A stretch of DNA of 38,660 bases from a virus, in the IMG/VR virus record IMGVR_UViG_3300028591_002545, positions 1 through 38,660 of that record. The stretch is one strand, 5' to 3'. The position numbers and the translations under genes are program-made. The notes beneath the pieces are model-generated. The model ran no database searches and was not told the origin of the DNA. It saw only the letters and a list, made by a program, of their open reading frames with translations. This document shows positions 23,812-32,877 of the stretch, one piece after another. Every line of letters starts with the position of its first letter. Positions within the stretch are counted from its first letter, which is position 1.

Positions 23812-24660
23812 ATGAGACCAGAGTTACAAAAAAAAGTAGAGTTTGGCATCAAACTGATACAGGCTGGAGCGCAGAAAGCAGCCGAGGTCGGTCAGCCGAT
23901 AGAGATAGCCTATTCAGGCGGCAAGGATAGCGACTGCATCCTTGAGTTAGCGAAGATGGCAGGCGTTAATTACCGAGCCATCTACAAGAACACCACCATC
24001 GACCCACCGGGCACTATCAAACACTGCAAGGAGAAAGGCGTGGAAATAGTAAATCCGAGTTTGTCTTTCTTTAAAATAGTAGAAAAAGAATCTCCACCAA
24101 CAATGAGGGCAAGAATTTGCTGCAAGCACCTCAAAGAATATAAAATCCTTAATGTTTCAGTCCAAGGCATAAGAAGATGCGAAAGCGAAAAGAGAAAAGA
24201 GAACTATCAAGAACCAACAATTTGCAGAACATATGGCAGCAAGAAGAACGCAGTAGAGGTGTTTCTTCCAATCTTGCAATGGGATAACGAAGATGTCAAG
24301 AACTTTGTTGAAGATAGAGGCATTAAGTGCCATCCTCTATACTACGATGATCAAATGAACTTTCACGTTGAGCGCAGATTAGGGTGTCTTGGATGCCCAT
24401 TAAAGAGTGATAGAGGCGTATCGGATTATAAGCGTTATCCAAAGTTGCTAAAGCAACTGGTTATAGCAACAAAAAAATGGTTAGAAACACATCCTGATGC
24501 AGAAAGCGCAACAAAGTTTGGAGACGCATATCGAATAACATACCACAATCTTTTTTGCAAGTCTTATGAAGATTTTCAGTATAGGATGCAACCGACATTG
24601 TTTGGAGACATACCTGACTGTAGAAAACTTCTTGAAGATTATTTCGGCATTGAACTATGA
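23812..24660 (+). CDS. PP-loop ATPase of the PAPS-reductase family
   Basis: PP-loop IAYSGGKDSDCILE and C-terminal RLGCLGCPL (CxxC). The composition changes sharply inside the gene. Confidence 0.8.
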   Translation: MRPELQKKVEFGIKLIQAGAQKAAEVGQPIEIAYSGGKDSDCILELAKMAGVNYRAIYKNTTIDPPGTIKHCKEKGVEIVNPSLSFFKIVEKESPPTMRARICCKHLKEYKILNVSVQGIRRCESEKRKENYQEPTICRTYGSKKNAVEVFLPILQWDNEDVKNFVEDRGIKCHPLYYDDQMNFHVERRLGCLGCPLKSDRGVSDYKRYPKLLKQLVIATKKWLETHPDAESATKFGDAYRITYHNLFCKSYEDFQYRMQPTLFGDIPDCRKLLEDYFGIEL

Positions 24661-25187
24661 CAATGAAACTACAAGACCTACAACCGACACGCCACTACGT
24701 CATCGGCATTGATCCCGACGTGGAGAAGAACGGCGTGGCTATCGTTGAGAAAGAAACCAAGCGTCTTGAATGTGCCGCACTGACATTCGCCGACACGTTG
24801 AACTACCTGCAATGGGTTGCTCAACGAGCAGCAGAGACAGGCGCACATGTCAAGGTCTATGTCGAGGCTGGGTGGCTGAACCGCACGAACTGGCACCTGA
24901 CCAAATGGGACAACCGAGGCCAGGTCGTGGCAAAGGGTGTATCCCAGGGGCGTAACGAACAGGTCAGCCGTCTGCTGGGCGAGATGTGCGAAGCCTACGG
25001 ACTGGACTGGCAATACATCAAGCCGCTGCACAAGTGTTGGCGCGGGCCGAACCGAAAAATCACACACGAGGAACTGTGTGCCGTCACTGGCCTTGTGTAC
25101 GGCAGAACGAACCAGGAAATGCGGGATGCGGCACTCATCGCATGGGTGGCGGCTGGCCTCCCGGTGCGGCTGACGAGAAAACGATAG
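24657..25187 (+). CDS. RuvC-like Holliday-junction resolvase
   Basis: Acidic catalytic pattern VIGIDPDVEKNG, VYVEAGW and EMRDAALIAW. Confidence 0.65.
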   Translation: MTMKLQDLQPTRHYVIGIDPDVEKNGVAIVEKETKRLECAALTFADTLNYLQWVAQRAAETGAHVKVYVEAGWLNRTNWHLTKWDNRGQVVAKGVSQGRNEQVSRLLGEMCEAYGLDWQYIKPLHKCWRGPNRKITHEELCAVTGLVYGRTNQEMRDAALIAWVAAGLPVRLTRKR

Positions 25188-25225
25188 ATTGTCAATTTTT
25201 TTGTTTCATTTCATTTTGACCTTTT

Positions 25226-25258
25226 CCCGCTCCTGTCGTGAGACACGGGCGGGTTTTT
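25226..25258 (+). terminator. Rho-independent terminator
   Basis: CCCGCtCCTGTC-GTGA-GACAcGGGCGGG followed by TTTTT. Confidence 0.75.
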
Positions 25259-25387
25259 CGTTTCCGTGCACCCTGACGGCCTCTTTTTCGTGGATGGTAT
25301 AGTTTATCAATCCATCCGAGAAATGCCCGCAGACGCAAAATTTCATGAAAATAACTTCGTTTTTTCGTGTTTACACGAAAAATGTAC

Positions 25388-25395
25388 TATATTTG
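25388..25395 (+). promoter_or_regulatory. -7 box TATATTTG upstream of the methyltransferase/terminase operon
   Basis: Exact TAnnTTTG match 113 nt before ATG 25509. No clear -33 element. Confidence 0.5.
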
Positions 25396-25470
25396 CAGAC
25401 GTGTTTCTTTTAAACGTTGTGAAACGTGGACATGATTAATGCAAAAGTGAACAGTTATTAGTTGATTATC

Positions 25471-25490
25471 GGGGCAGTTAACCCTGCCCC
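25471..25490 (+). other. Leader hairpin
   Basis: GGGGCAG-TTAACC-CTGCCCC lies between the -7 box and the AGGAG/ATG of the methyltransferase gene. Confidence 0.4.
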
Positions 25491-25508
25491 TTCATTAAAC
25501 AGGAGATT

Positions 25509-26756
25509 ATGGAGAACGTTCAAAATATATCAATAACAAAGCTGGAGTTGAACAATGGGCAGGTCGAAGGCTTGCCCAAGAACCCCCGCTTTATCCGTGA
25601 CGAACGGTACAAGGCACTGGTCAAATCCATCGAGGACGCACCCGAAATGCTGCGGCTGCGTGAACTGCTGGTCGTGGAGCATGGCAGCAAGTTCGTTGTC
25701 ATCGGCGGCAATATGCGTCTGCGCGCCTGTAAGGAGTTGGGCATGGAGACCGTCCCCTGCAAGGTCTTGCCTGCCGACACACCCGTTGCCAAACTGCGAG
25801 AGTATGCCATCAAGGACAACAACGGCTTCGGTGAGGACGATTGGGACATCCTTGCCAACGAGTGGGATGCCGAGGAACTGCAAGACTGGGGCATGGAGTT
25901 GCCGATGGATTGGGATGTGGAAAGCAGCGAGGACGAGATAGAACGCAAGGCTCGTGAGTTCCAAGAGCGCATGGAGGCTGGCGAAATTGACGAGGACGAT
26001 GAGGAATACCAAGAGTTTCTTGAAAAATTCAAACTCAAAAAGACCACCGATGACTGCTATACCCCTGCCGTTGTCTATGAGGCCGTGGCGAATTGGGTGA
26101 GCGAAACGTACAGGATAGACCGCAAACACTTTGAACGTCCGTTCTATCCCGGTGGCGATTACCAAAAAGCAGACTACCCGAAAGGCTGCGTGGTGGTGGA
26201 TAATCCCCCGTTCTCAATACTTGCCGAAATTACAAGATTTTACAAGAAACACAATATCCGGTTTTTCTTGTTTGCGCCACGCATCAGTAATTTAAGTGTT
26301 GCAAGTTCGCAAGGTTTTACGAATTTGTGCGTTGGTGCGGGTATTACCTACGATAATGGGGCGATAGTTCCTACCTCATTCATTACAAATATTGAAAGCG
26401 ATTATATTGCCAAATCTTCGCCAAGTCTATACAAAGCAGTAACTGAAGCCAATGAAAAGGTGCAGGCTGGGCTTCATCGCCAAATTCCAAAATACGAATA
26501 TCCCAATGCTGTTGTTACTGCTGCAATGTTAAGCAAGTACAGCAAATATGATGTTGAGTATGGAGTGAAGTTCAACGAATGCAGGTACATCAGCGAACTT
26601 GATGCACAAAAGAAAGTTGGCAAGGCAATCTACGCAGGTGGGTTGCTTGTCAGCAACGACAAAGCGGCAGAGAAAGCAGCGGCAGAGAAAGCAGCGGCAA
26701 CTCAATGGCCTTTGAGTGAAAGGGAAGAAAAAATAATCGCTGAATTGTCGCAGTAA
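25509..26756 (+). CDS. ParB/Srx-like N-terminal domain fused to a DNA methyltransferase
   Basis: ParB-like LPKNPRFIRDERYKALVKSIED and VIGGNMRLRACKELG. Methyltransferase motif IV VVVDNPPFS. C-terminal AAEKA repeat. Confidence 0.8.
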   Translation: MENVQNISITKLELNNGQVEGLPKNPRFIRDERYKALVKSIEDAPEMLRLRELLVVEHGSKFVVIGGNMRLRACKELGMETVPCKVLPADTPVAKLREYAIKDNNGFGEDDWDILANEWDAEELQDWGMELPMDWDVESSEDEIERKAREFQERMEAGEIDEDDEEYQEFLEKFKLKKTTDDCYTPAVVYEAVANWVSETYRIDRKHFERPFYPGGDYQKADYPKGCVVVDNPPFSILAEITRFYKKHNIRFFLFAPRISNLSVASSQGFTNLCVGAGITYDNGAIVPTSFITNIESDYIAKSSPSLYKAVTEANEKVQAGLHRQIPKYEYPNAVVTAAMLSKYSKYDVEYGVKFNECRYISELDAQKKVGKAIYAGGLLVSNDKAAEKAAAEKAAATQWPLSEREEKIIAELSQ

Positions 26757-27160
26757 TGGCTAACGATGACAACCTCAAATCGTTGGGAGACCGAACAACG
26801 GAAGAACAACGAGAGATAGCAAGGCAAGGCGGCAAGGCCAGCGGACGTTCCCGCCGCCGCAAGCGTCAGTTCCGAGACGAACTGGAGATGCTGCTGCCGC
26901 TGACCGACAAGGGCAAGGACGGGCAACCCATCATCAACCCGCTCACTGGCCGCAAGCAGACCGTCCAGCAGTCCATCACGATGCAGTTGCTACTGAAGGC
27001 TCGCAAGGGCGATGTAAAGGCGGCAAAACTGATACTCGACACGCTGGGCGAACTGGTCATCAAAGAGGAACACAAGCACGAAATCGAGGGCGGCATGGTC
27101 ATCGTCACGGCTGACGAGATGGAAAAATCTGCACTGAAGAAGATGAAGGATGAGGATTAA
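26756..27160 (+). CDS. terS: Terminase small subunit (putative)
   Basis: 134 aa with basic N-terminus EQREIARQGGKASGRSRRRKR, directly upstream of and overlapping terL. Confidence 0.55.
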   Translation: MANDDNLKSLGDRTTEEQREIARQGGKASGRSRRRKRQFRDELEMLLPLTDKGKDGQPIINPLTGRKQTVQQSITMQLLLKARKGDVKAAKLILDTLGELVIKEEHKHEIEGGMVIVTADEMEKSALKKMKDED

Positions 27161-28364
27161 CGGCAACGACATAACGGGCAAGACGATTGCAGGGGTGACG
27201 GCAAACGAACTGGCGAAGGGGACACGACTCATCGCCAACAAGGGCGGCACCCGTTCAGGCAAGACGTACAGCATCTTGAAGATGATGCTGAACATTGCCC
27301 TATACATCCCCCGCACGTTTGACGTGGTGAGTGAGTCGCTGCCGCACCTCAAACGTGGTGCATTGCACGACTTTGAGGAAATCATCGCCGCCAACGACCA
27401 GCTTGTTGAAGGCCGCAACTACGAACTGAACCGCACCGACCGCATCTATTCGTTCCCCAACGGGAGCGAGATACGTTTCTTCGCTGCCGACAACTGGGGC
27501 AAGGTCAAAGGCTCACGCAGGGACATCCTGTTTGTGAACGAGGCCAACCGCATAGACTGGGAGGTGTTCCGTCAGTTGGATGTGCGCACGACACGCAACA
27601 TCATCATCGACTGGAACCCCGATAGCGAGTTCTGGTATGAACAACAAGGACTGAGCGGACGTGAAGACACCACCGAGATAGTGACAACATACTTGGATAA
27701 TCCCTACTTGGGTGAGACGCAGATTGCGGCGATTGAGGCCTACCGCACGGATGAGCGTTGGTGGAAGGTGTACGGACTTGGCGAGACTGGCAACCGCAAG
27801 GGCCTTATCTACACCGATTGGGAACAATGCAAGGACATCCCCGCCAATGCCCGACTGGTTGGTCGTGGCCTTGACTTCGGTTATCAGGCAGACCCGACCA
27901 GCATCGTGGCGGTGTACATCATGGACGGGGAGTTGTATATTGACGAGGAGTTGTACGCCCCCGGCCTCACCAATGACCGCATCGCCAAGTCGCTGACCGG
28001 GAAGAACGGCCCGATCGTGGCCGATAGTGCCGAGCCAAAGTCCATTGCCGAACTGCGCAACTACGGTGTGCGCAACATCGAGCCATCGGTCAAGGGTGCC
28101 GACTCGGTGCGCAACGGCATCCAGGTAGTGCAACGATACAAGCTGCACGTCACGCAACGCTCACTAAACATCATCCGTGAACTGCGCAACTACCGATGGG
28201 CCGAGGACAAGGTGACGGGTGAGTTGAAGAACGAGCCGGCCAAGAGCGAACACTTCGACCATGCGCTGGATGCACTGCGTTACTTGGTCATGGCCAAGCT
28301 GCAACAGCGCAGAACAGGCACGGCAAAGTACAACCCGACTTATCTATACCAGTATGGACAATAA
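27150..28364 (+). CDS. terL: Terminase large subunit (PBSX/Terminase_3-like)
   Basis: Walker A GGTRSGKT and Walker B ILFVNEA. Nuclease half with GLDFGY...DPTSIVAV and DSAEPKSIAELR. Confidence 0.9.
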   Translation: MRINGNDITGKTIAGVTANELAKGTRLIANKGGTRSGKTYSILKMMLNIALYIPRTFDVVSESLPHLKRGALHDFEEIIAANDQLVEGRNYELNRTDRIYSFPNGSEIRFFAADNWGKVKGSRRDILFVNEANRIDWEVFRQLDVRTTRNIIIDWNPDSEFWYEQQGLSGREDTTEIVTTYLDNPYLGETQIAAIEAYRTDERWWKVYGLGETGNRKGLIYTDWEQCKDIPANARLVGRGLDFGYQADPTSIVAVYIMDGELYIDEELYAPGLTNDRIAKSLTGKNGPIVADSAEPKSIAELRNYGVRNIEPSVKGADSVRNGIQVVQRYKLHVTQRSLNIIRELRNYRWAEDKVTGELKNEPAKSEHFDHALDALRYLVMAKLQQRRTGTAKYNPTYLYQYGQ

Positions 28365-28899
28365 CACCACATACGGCTATTGGCGGGTGATTGCAAGGCA
28401 TTGCAACTACACCATCGAGGAAGGGTTTGAACGGCCCGCCTATGTAGGCAAAACCCGCTGCCCCGAAGACTTGAACGGACTGACCATCGGCCAGCTTATC
28501 GAGATAGGCGAATCGGAAGGCCCAGACACCGACTACCGCATCATCGACATCGTGCTTGACATCGACAAGGCAGAGGCCGACAAGTGCCGAGCAACGGAGG
28601 TTGTGGCTTTCCTGTCGTGGGTGGGCCGACAGGTGAAGAAGATAAACCGCCTTTTTCAGTCGGTGCAATCGAAGCCGACAGCAAAGGAGAAACAGGCGGG
28701 CGTTGACAAGTTGCAGTTCGGCTTGTTCGGCATCTTGGACTGGTATGCCAAGCGCATGGGCATCACCAACCACGATGATGTGTTGACGGTTCCCTGGCTA
28801 CGCATCTATAAGTGCATGGAGATGGATAACAAGGTCGAGCAGTACCAACGCAGATATAACGAGATTTCAATGCAAGAGGCAAGGAGGAAAAAGAGATGA
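28354..28899 (+). CDS. Hypothetical virion-module protein
   Basis: ATG 28354 (MDNNTTYGYW) overlaps the terL stop by 11 nt. The track start 28261 is rejected. Confidence 0.55.
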   Translation: MDNNTTYGYWRVIARHCNYTIEEGFERPAYVGKTRCPEDLNGLTIGQLIEIGESEGPDTDYRIIDIVLDIDKAEADKCRATEVVAFLSWVGRQVKKINRLFQSVQSKPTAKEKQAGVDKLQFGLFGILDWYAKRMGITNHDDVLTVPWLRIYKCMEMDNKVEQYQRRYNEISMQEARRKKR

Positions 28900-29312
28900 C
28901 AATTGACCAAGCAATCAAGGAAATCGCAAAAAAGCATTTCCCGCAATACACCTACATCTTCGATGATGAATTTAACATTGACCAAGCCGTTAGCCGTGAG
29001 AAATTACCCGCAATCGCTCACGTCTTGCCCATCGGTGGGACGATGGTAATGCGCAATGGCCGCATCTATGACCGTGAAAGCATCTATATCGGTTTTGTCG
29101 ATAAGGTCACACGGGATGCAAGCGGAGATGACCAACGTGAAGTCTTTGAGCGCATGAAAGACGCAGCAAAGGACTTCATAAGGGTAGCAAATAAGAGCGG
29201 ACATTTCCAGTCGGTGACGGCTTGGGACTATGGTGTAGTGTATAACCAAATGGCATCCATCGTAACAGGTGTCATGCTTTCAATCACTATCGAGGACAAC
29301 GGAACATGCTGA
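28896..29312 (+). CDS. Hypothetical virion-module protein
   Basis: 138-aa ORF with ATGA coupling. Confidence 0.55.
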   Translation: MTIDQAIKEIAKKHFPQYTYIFDDEFNIDQAVSREKLPAIAHVLPIGGTMVMRNGRIYDRESIYIGFVDKVTRDASGDDQREVFERMKDAAKDFIRVANKSGHFQSVTAWDYGVVYNQMASIVTGVMLSITIEDNGTC

Positions 29313-29836
29313 ACGATGGAACGGTCATAACTGGCACACAGGTGTCCCAGATTCTCACCGAAGAACTGGGAACGCTCAAGGCAACCATCATCAACAACAT
29401 CCGCACCACTGGCCAATGGGCATCGGGGAAAACGGCTGCATCTATGGCCGTGATGGTGTCGGGCAACATCGGTGAACTGGTGGGCCGCAGGGCCTTCGGA
29501 ACACTGGAAACGGGCCGCAGGGGTGGGCGAGTTCCACGCAACTTTGAGGCAATCATCTATGAATGGATGCAAGCCAAAGGCGTACACGCCCAACCAATGC
29601 CGTACAAGACCAGCAGACCGCACAAGTACACCGAACAGGAACGTGCCGACAGGACTATGGCCTACTTCATCAGCCGCACCATACGCAGGGAAGGCACGAG
29701 GCTTTACAGGAATGGCGGCAGGGATGATGTTTATAGTCGGGCGATACCTTTGACCATCCAACGCATAAACTCGCGTCTAAGCGGCATCTATGTTGCTTCA
29801 GTGACACAGCAGATTAAACTTAACGTACCACAATAA
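29306..29836 (+). CDS. Hypothetical virion-module protein
   Basis: 176-aa ORF overlapping the upstream gene by 7 nt. Confidence 0.55.
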   Translation: MLNDGTVITGTQVSQILTEELGTLKATIINNIRTTGQWASGKTAASMAVMVSGNIGELVGRRAFGTLETGRRGGRVPRNFEAIIYEWMQAKGVHAQPMPYKTSRPHKYTEQERADRTMAYFISRTIRREGTRLYRNGGRDDVYSRAIPLTIQRINSRLSGIYVASVTQQIKLNVPQ

Positions 29837-29848
29837 AACTCAACGAAT

Positions 29849-30913
29849 ATGGCAACACAAACAATCAACGGCATTACTTTGTTCTCACCGAACGATCCCT
29901 GTTTGGTGTTCAATCCCTGCCTGTTCCGACTGACTGGCACCATGTCACGCACAAGGGTAAGCATCACCAGCGGAGGGAGGCACTATGAAACGACATACCA
30001 AACGCCAAGCGGCGGGTATCTTGACCTGCGCCAGTACTTGCAGACGTTCTTTGACGGAAGCAATTTCGGACAGGACTTTGAATTGATTGGGGACTTACAG
30101 GCGAGTGACCTCGGCAAGCAGGTCACCATCACGCTTGAGGCCCTGGATAGTGACGGCACGGTGATATCCACATTCAACAAGTCCATCTACTGCGTTTGGG
30201 GCGGTGTTGCTGTCGGTGAGAGATACAATGAGGCAACGCGGCACTTGACATGGTTCCGCAATTACCCGTTCACGGTGGGCCTGTATGCTTCTGCCGCCAA
30301 GACGGTAGAATATTCTTCTTACATCGTGTCACCGCAAGACGGTGGCCTTGTTCGCCATGTAGTCCTTCCCTCGGCTGGCCTGTACAACGTCAACATCAAC
30401 GATGACGGTGATGTGACACAGCGTTTCATCACGCTCATAGATGCAGCATCGCCATATAAGGAACATGCCATCATCAAGATTGACCGCGAACATGACGAGG
30501 GCATTTACCTGCGTTGGGTGAACCGTCACGGCATGTGGGATTATCATTTGTTCAAGGCTGGTGACGATACCCGCAACGCTGCGTCAAGGTTCGGCATGTG
30601 GTACCGCAACAATCTCGCCAAGTTCTACCAGGAGGACGGGTGGCAGGGTGATGCAGGGCGCAGACAGTCGTTCACCCGCAACGATGTGTTGCCCCTGTGT
30701 GCGCCTCTTGTGGATGACGAGACCTTTGAACGGCTGCAAGACATCACCACATCGCCAGTGATTGACATGTTCTTGGGCTATGACCAGCACGATGAACCGA
30801 CATGGACGGCTGTCACCGTTGAGGCTGGCAGCTACACGAAAGACGCGAAGAAACCCGAACAGGACTTCATTTTCAATTTGTTGTTACCCGAAATCCCGGT
30901 GCAGACGCTATGA
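29849..30913 (+). CDS. Tail/baseplate-like structural protein
   Basis: 354 aa, coupled to the next gene. Assignment by size and neighbourhood only. Confidence 0.45.
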   Translation: MATQTINGITLFSPNDPCLVFNPCLFRLTGTMSRTRVSITSGGRHYETTYQTPSGGYLDLRQYLQTFFDGSNFGQDFELIGDLQASDLGKQVTITLEALDSDGTVISTFNKSIYCVWGGVAVGERYNEATRHLTWFRNYPFTVGLYASAAKTVEYSSYIVSPQDGGLVRHVVLPSAGLYNVNINDDGDVTQRFITLIDAASPYKEHAIIKIDREHDEGIYLRWVNRHGMWDYHLFKAGDDTRNAASRFGMWYRNNLAKFYQEDGWQGDAGRRQSFTRNDVLPLCAPLVDDETFERLQDITTSPVIDMFLGYDQHDEPTWTAVTVEAGSYTKDAKKPEQDFIFNLLLPEIPVQTL

Positions 30914-32874
30914 CACAGCAGCTATTCATTGACGGCCAACAGGCCGACCTCGGAGAGAACACCGAGGTGTCGTTTTCAGTCCGTTCAAACCTACTTTCAG
31001 GTGCAGGGGAGTTTCTTGGCAACCGTTCCCTGACGGTTACCATTCCTGCAACCGTACACAACAGGCGCATCATCGACATGGCCCAATCCGTGCAGGGTGG
31101 CGGCTCATTCCCTTACACCTTCCACAACGTGGACTACTACCGAGAGGGCGTGAACATCGTGCAGGGCGGCATCGGGAGGCTCATGTCGGCCACACCCAAC
31201 GAGCTGCGCATCGTCATCGTCTGGGGCGTGCGCTCATCCATCGAGGCCCTGCTTGGAAGCGGAAAGTCATTGGCAGAACTTACCACACCCGCATATATCG
31301 AGTTCAATGCCGTGCCGGCCGTGACCGACTACAACGATGCACTGGTTGATGACGTGTTCTATGCGTCACTTGACACAGCACTGCATGAGGGTGCCAACAC
31401 ATTCTACCACACCCATGTCGTTGTTGAAAGCGGTGCCGTTTATGGCTACACCGAAAGACAAGAGGCATCGCCATATCTTCACCCGTCAGTGAGAATGAGC
31501 TGGATCTTGTCGCTGATGGAAACACAATACGGTGCGCATATTGATTGGGGAGATGCTTTTGATGACATCGGCACGATGATTGTGCCGCTGATCAAGAAAA
31601 TCCCCAACGGCACGACCTACAACAACGGCTACCGTGCTTCAACGGCAGAACCTTCGCAGATGGGAGGCTTTGGCGGCAACTTCATCCAACTGAAAACATC
31701 CAACAACTCGCCCATCATCTCGCAAAGCACCAGCGACCCGCAAACGATTGCACTTACATGTGCAACCGCATTCAATGGCCTTGTCAAGTACCAGTTATCG
31801 GCATACATCAACGTGGCCGGCCTTGTAAGCGTGTCATATCCCATCGTGAAGGCCAGATACGGCTATTCCATTGGTCTGCATGTCGGTGACACTTGGCACT
31901 GGTGCCCGATTCTGCCCGAAGGCACATACTTCAACGCGCACAACATTGCAGGCACCCGCTTAGACATCTATGTCACGGGTTATCTTGCCATTGAAATGGC
32001 AGTCGGTGACCAGTTGTCGTTGCGCATCGGCATCACATCTAACGGCGTATTCTCACCAGAAATCGCCAGCGACCTGCACATCCAGGGCGGGTCGTTGTAC
32101 ATCAGTGAAATCATCGGCAAGGAAAATGAGGTGCAGCCGGGCCAACTCTACCCAGTTGAGGGTAACATTCCCGACATCAAACCCATTGACCTCATCAAGT
32201 TTCTTGCAGCCGTGACGGGTGTGTTCCCGACACAGGCATCAACAGCAGACACATTGGTCATGGCTCCAGTGTCGAGCGTATTTGACTGGAGCAGGGCCGT
32301 TGACTGGACTGGCCGCTTGCTATCGCCCTCATCGCAGCCTGTGGCCGCAGAAAAGGCATTCACGGCTGACGGGTGGGCACAACACAACTGGTGGCGATGG
32401 AAAGAGGACGATACCGTTGCAGGTGACTATGACGGCAGCATTGATGTTGCTGACGAGACCATAGAGGCCAACCGCGACATCGTGACTTTCCCGTTTGCCG
32501 CTTCGGACGGCAACAATGTGCCTGTCTATTCAACCGAGGTGAGAAACGGCATCCCCGAAATCAAGTACAAGGCCGTGCAGCCGCGTGTGCTGACCATGAG
32601 CCGAGGCGAGAACGGTGAGGCTGTCGGGAACTTCGACATGGATATGAAGCGCATTATTGCCGAGAGATACGGTGATGTTGCGGCAACGATGGAGCACCCT
32701 GCCATCATCACCGAAACCATCCGCATCAACGATGTAGAGCTGGCGTGTGTTGACGAGACGCGGGCCATATACATCCAGCAACACGGGGCCTACTTTGCCC
32801 TGCTGGAGCTGAACGTCAAAGGCAACGGCACTGCCGAGGCCAAACTTTTAAGGCTTAAAAAACAGGAGGAATGA
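30910..32874 (+). CDS. Large tail/baseplate-like structural protein
   Basis: 654 aa. The N-terminus LFIDGQQADLGENTEVSFSVRSNLL resembles N-termini of phage tail proteins. Not verified. Confidence 0.45.
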   Translation: MTQQLFIDGQQADLGENTEVSFSVRSNLLSGAGEFLGNRSLTVTIPATVHNRRIIDMAQSVQGGGSFPYTFHNVDYYREGVNIVQGGIGRLMSATPNELRIVIVWGVRSSIEALLGSGKSLAELTTPAYIEFNAVPAVTDYNDALVDDVFYASLDTALHEGANTFYHTHVVVESGAVYGYTERQEASPYLHPSVRMSWILSLMETQYGAHIDWGDAFDDIGTMIVPLIKKIPNGTTYNNGYRASTAEPSQMGGFGGNFIQLKTSNNSPIISQSTSDPQTIALTCATAFNGLVKYQLSAYINVAGLVSVSYPIVKARYGYSIGLHVGDTWHWCPILPEGTYFNAHNIAGTRLDIYVTGYLAIEMAVGDQLSLRIGITSNGVFSPEIASDLHIQGGSLYISEIIGKENEVQPGQLYPVEGNIPDIKPIDLIKFLAAVTGVFPTQASTADTLVMAPVSSVFDWSRAVDWTGRLLSPSSQPVAAEKAFTADGWAQHNWWRWKEDDTVAGDYDGSIDVADETIEANRDIVTFPFAASDGNNVPVYSTEVRNGIPEIKYKAVQPRVLTMSRGENGEAVGNFDMDMKRIIAERYGDVAATMEHPAIITETIRINDVELACVDETRAIYIQQHGAYFALLELNVKGNGTAEAKLLRLKKQEE

Positions 32875-32877
32875 TAA

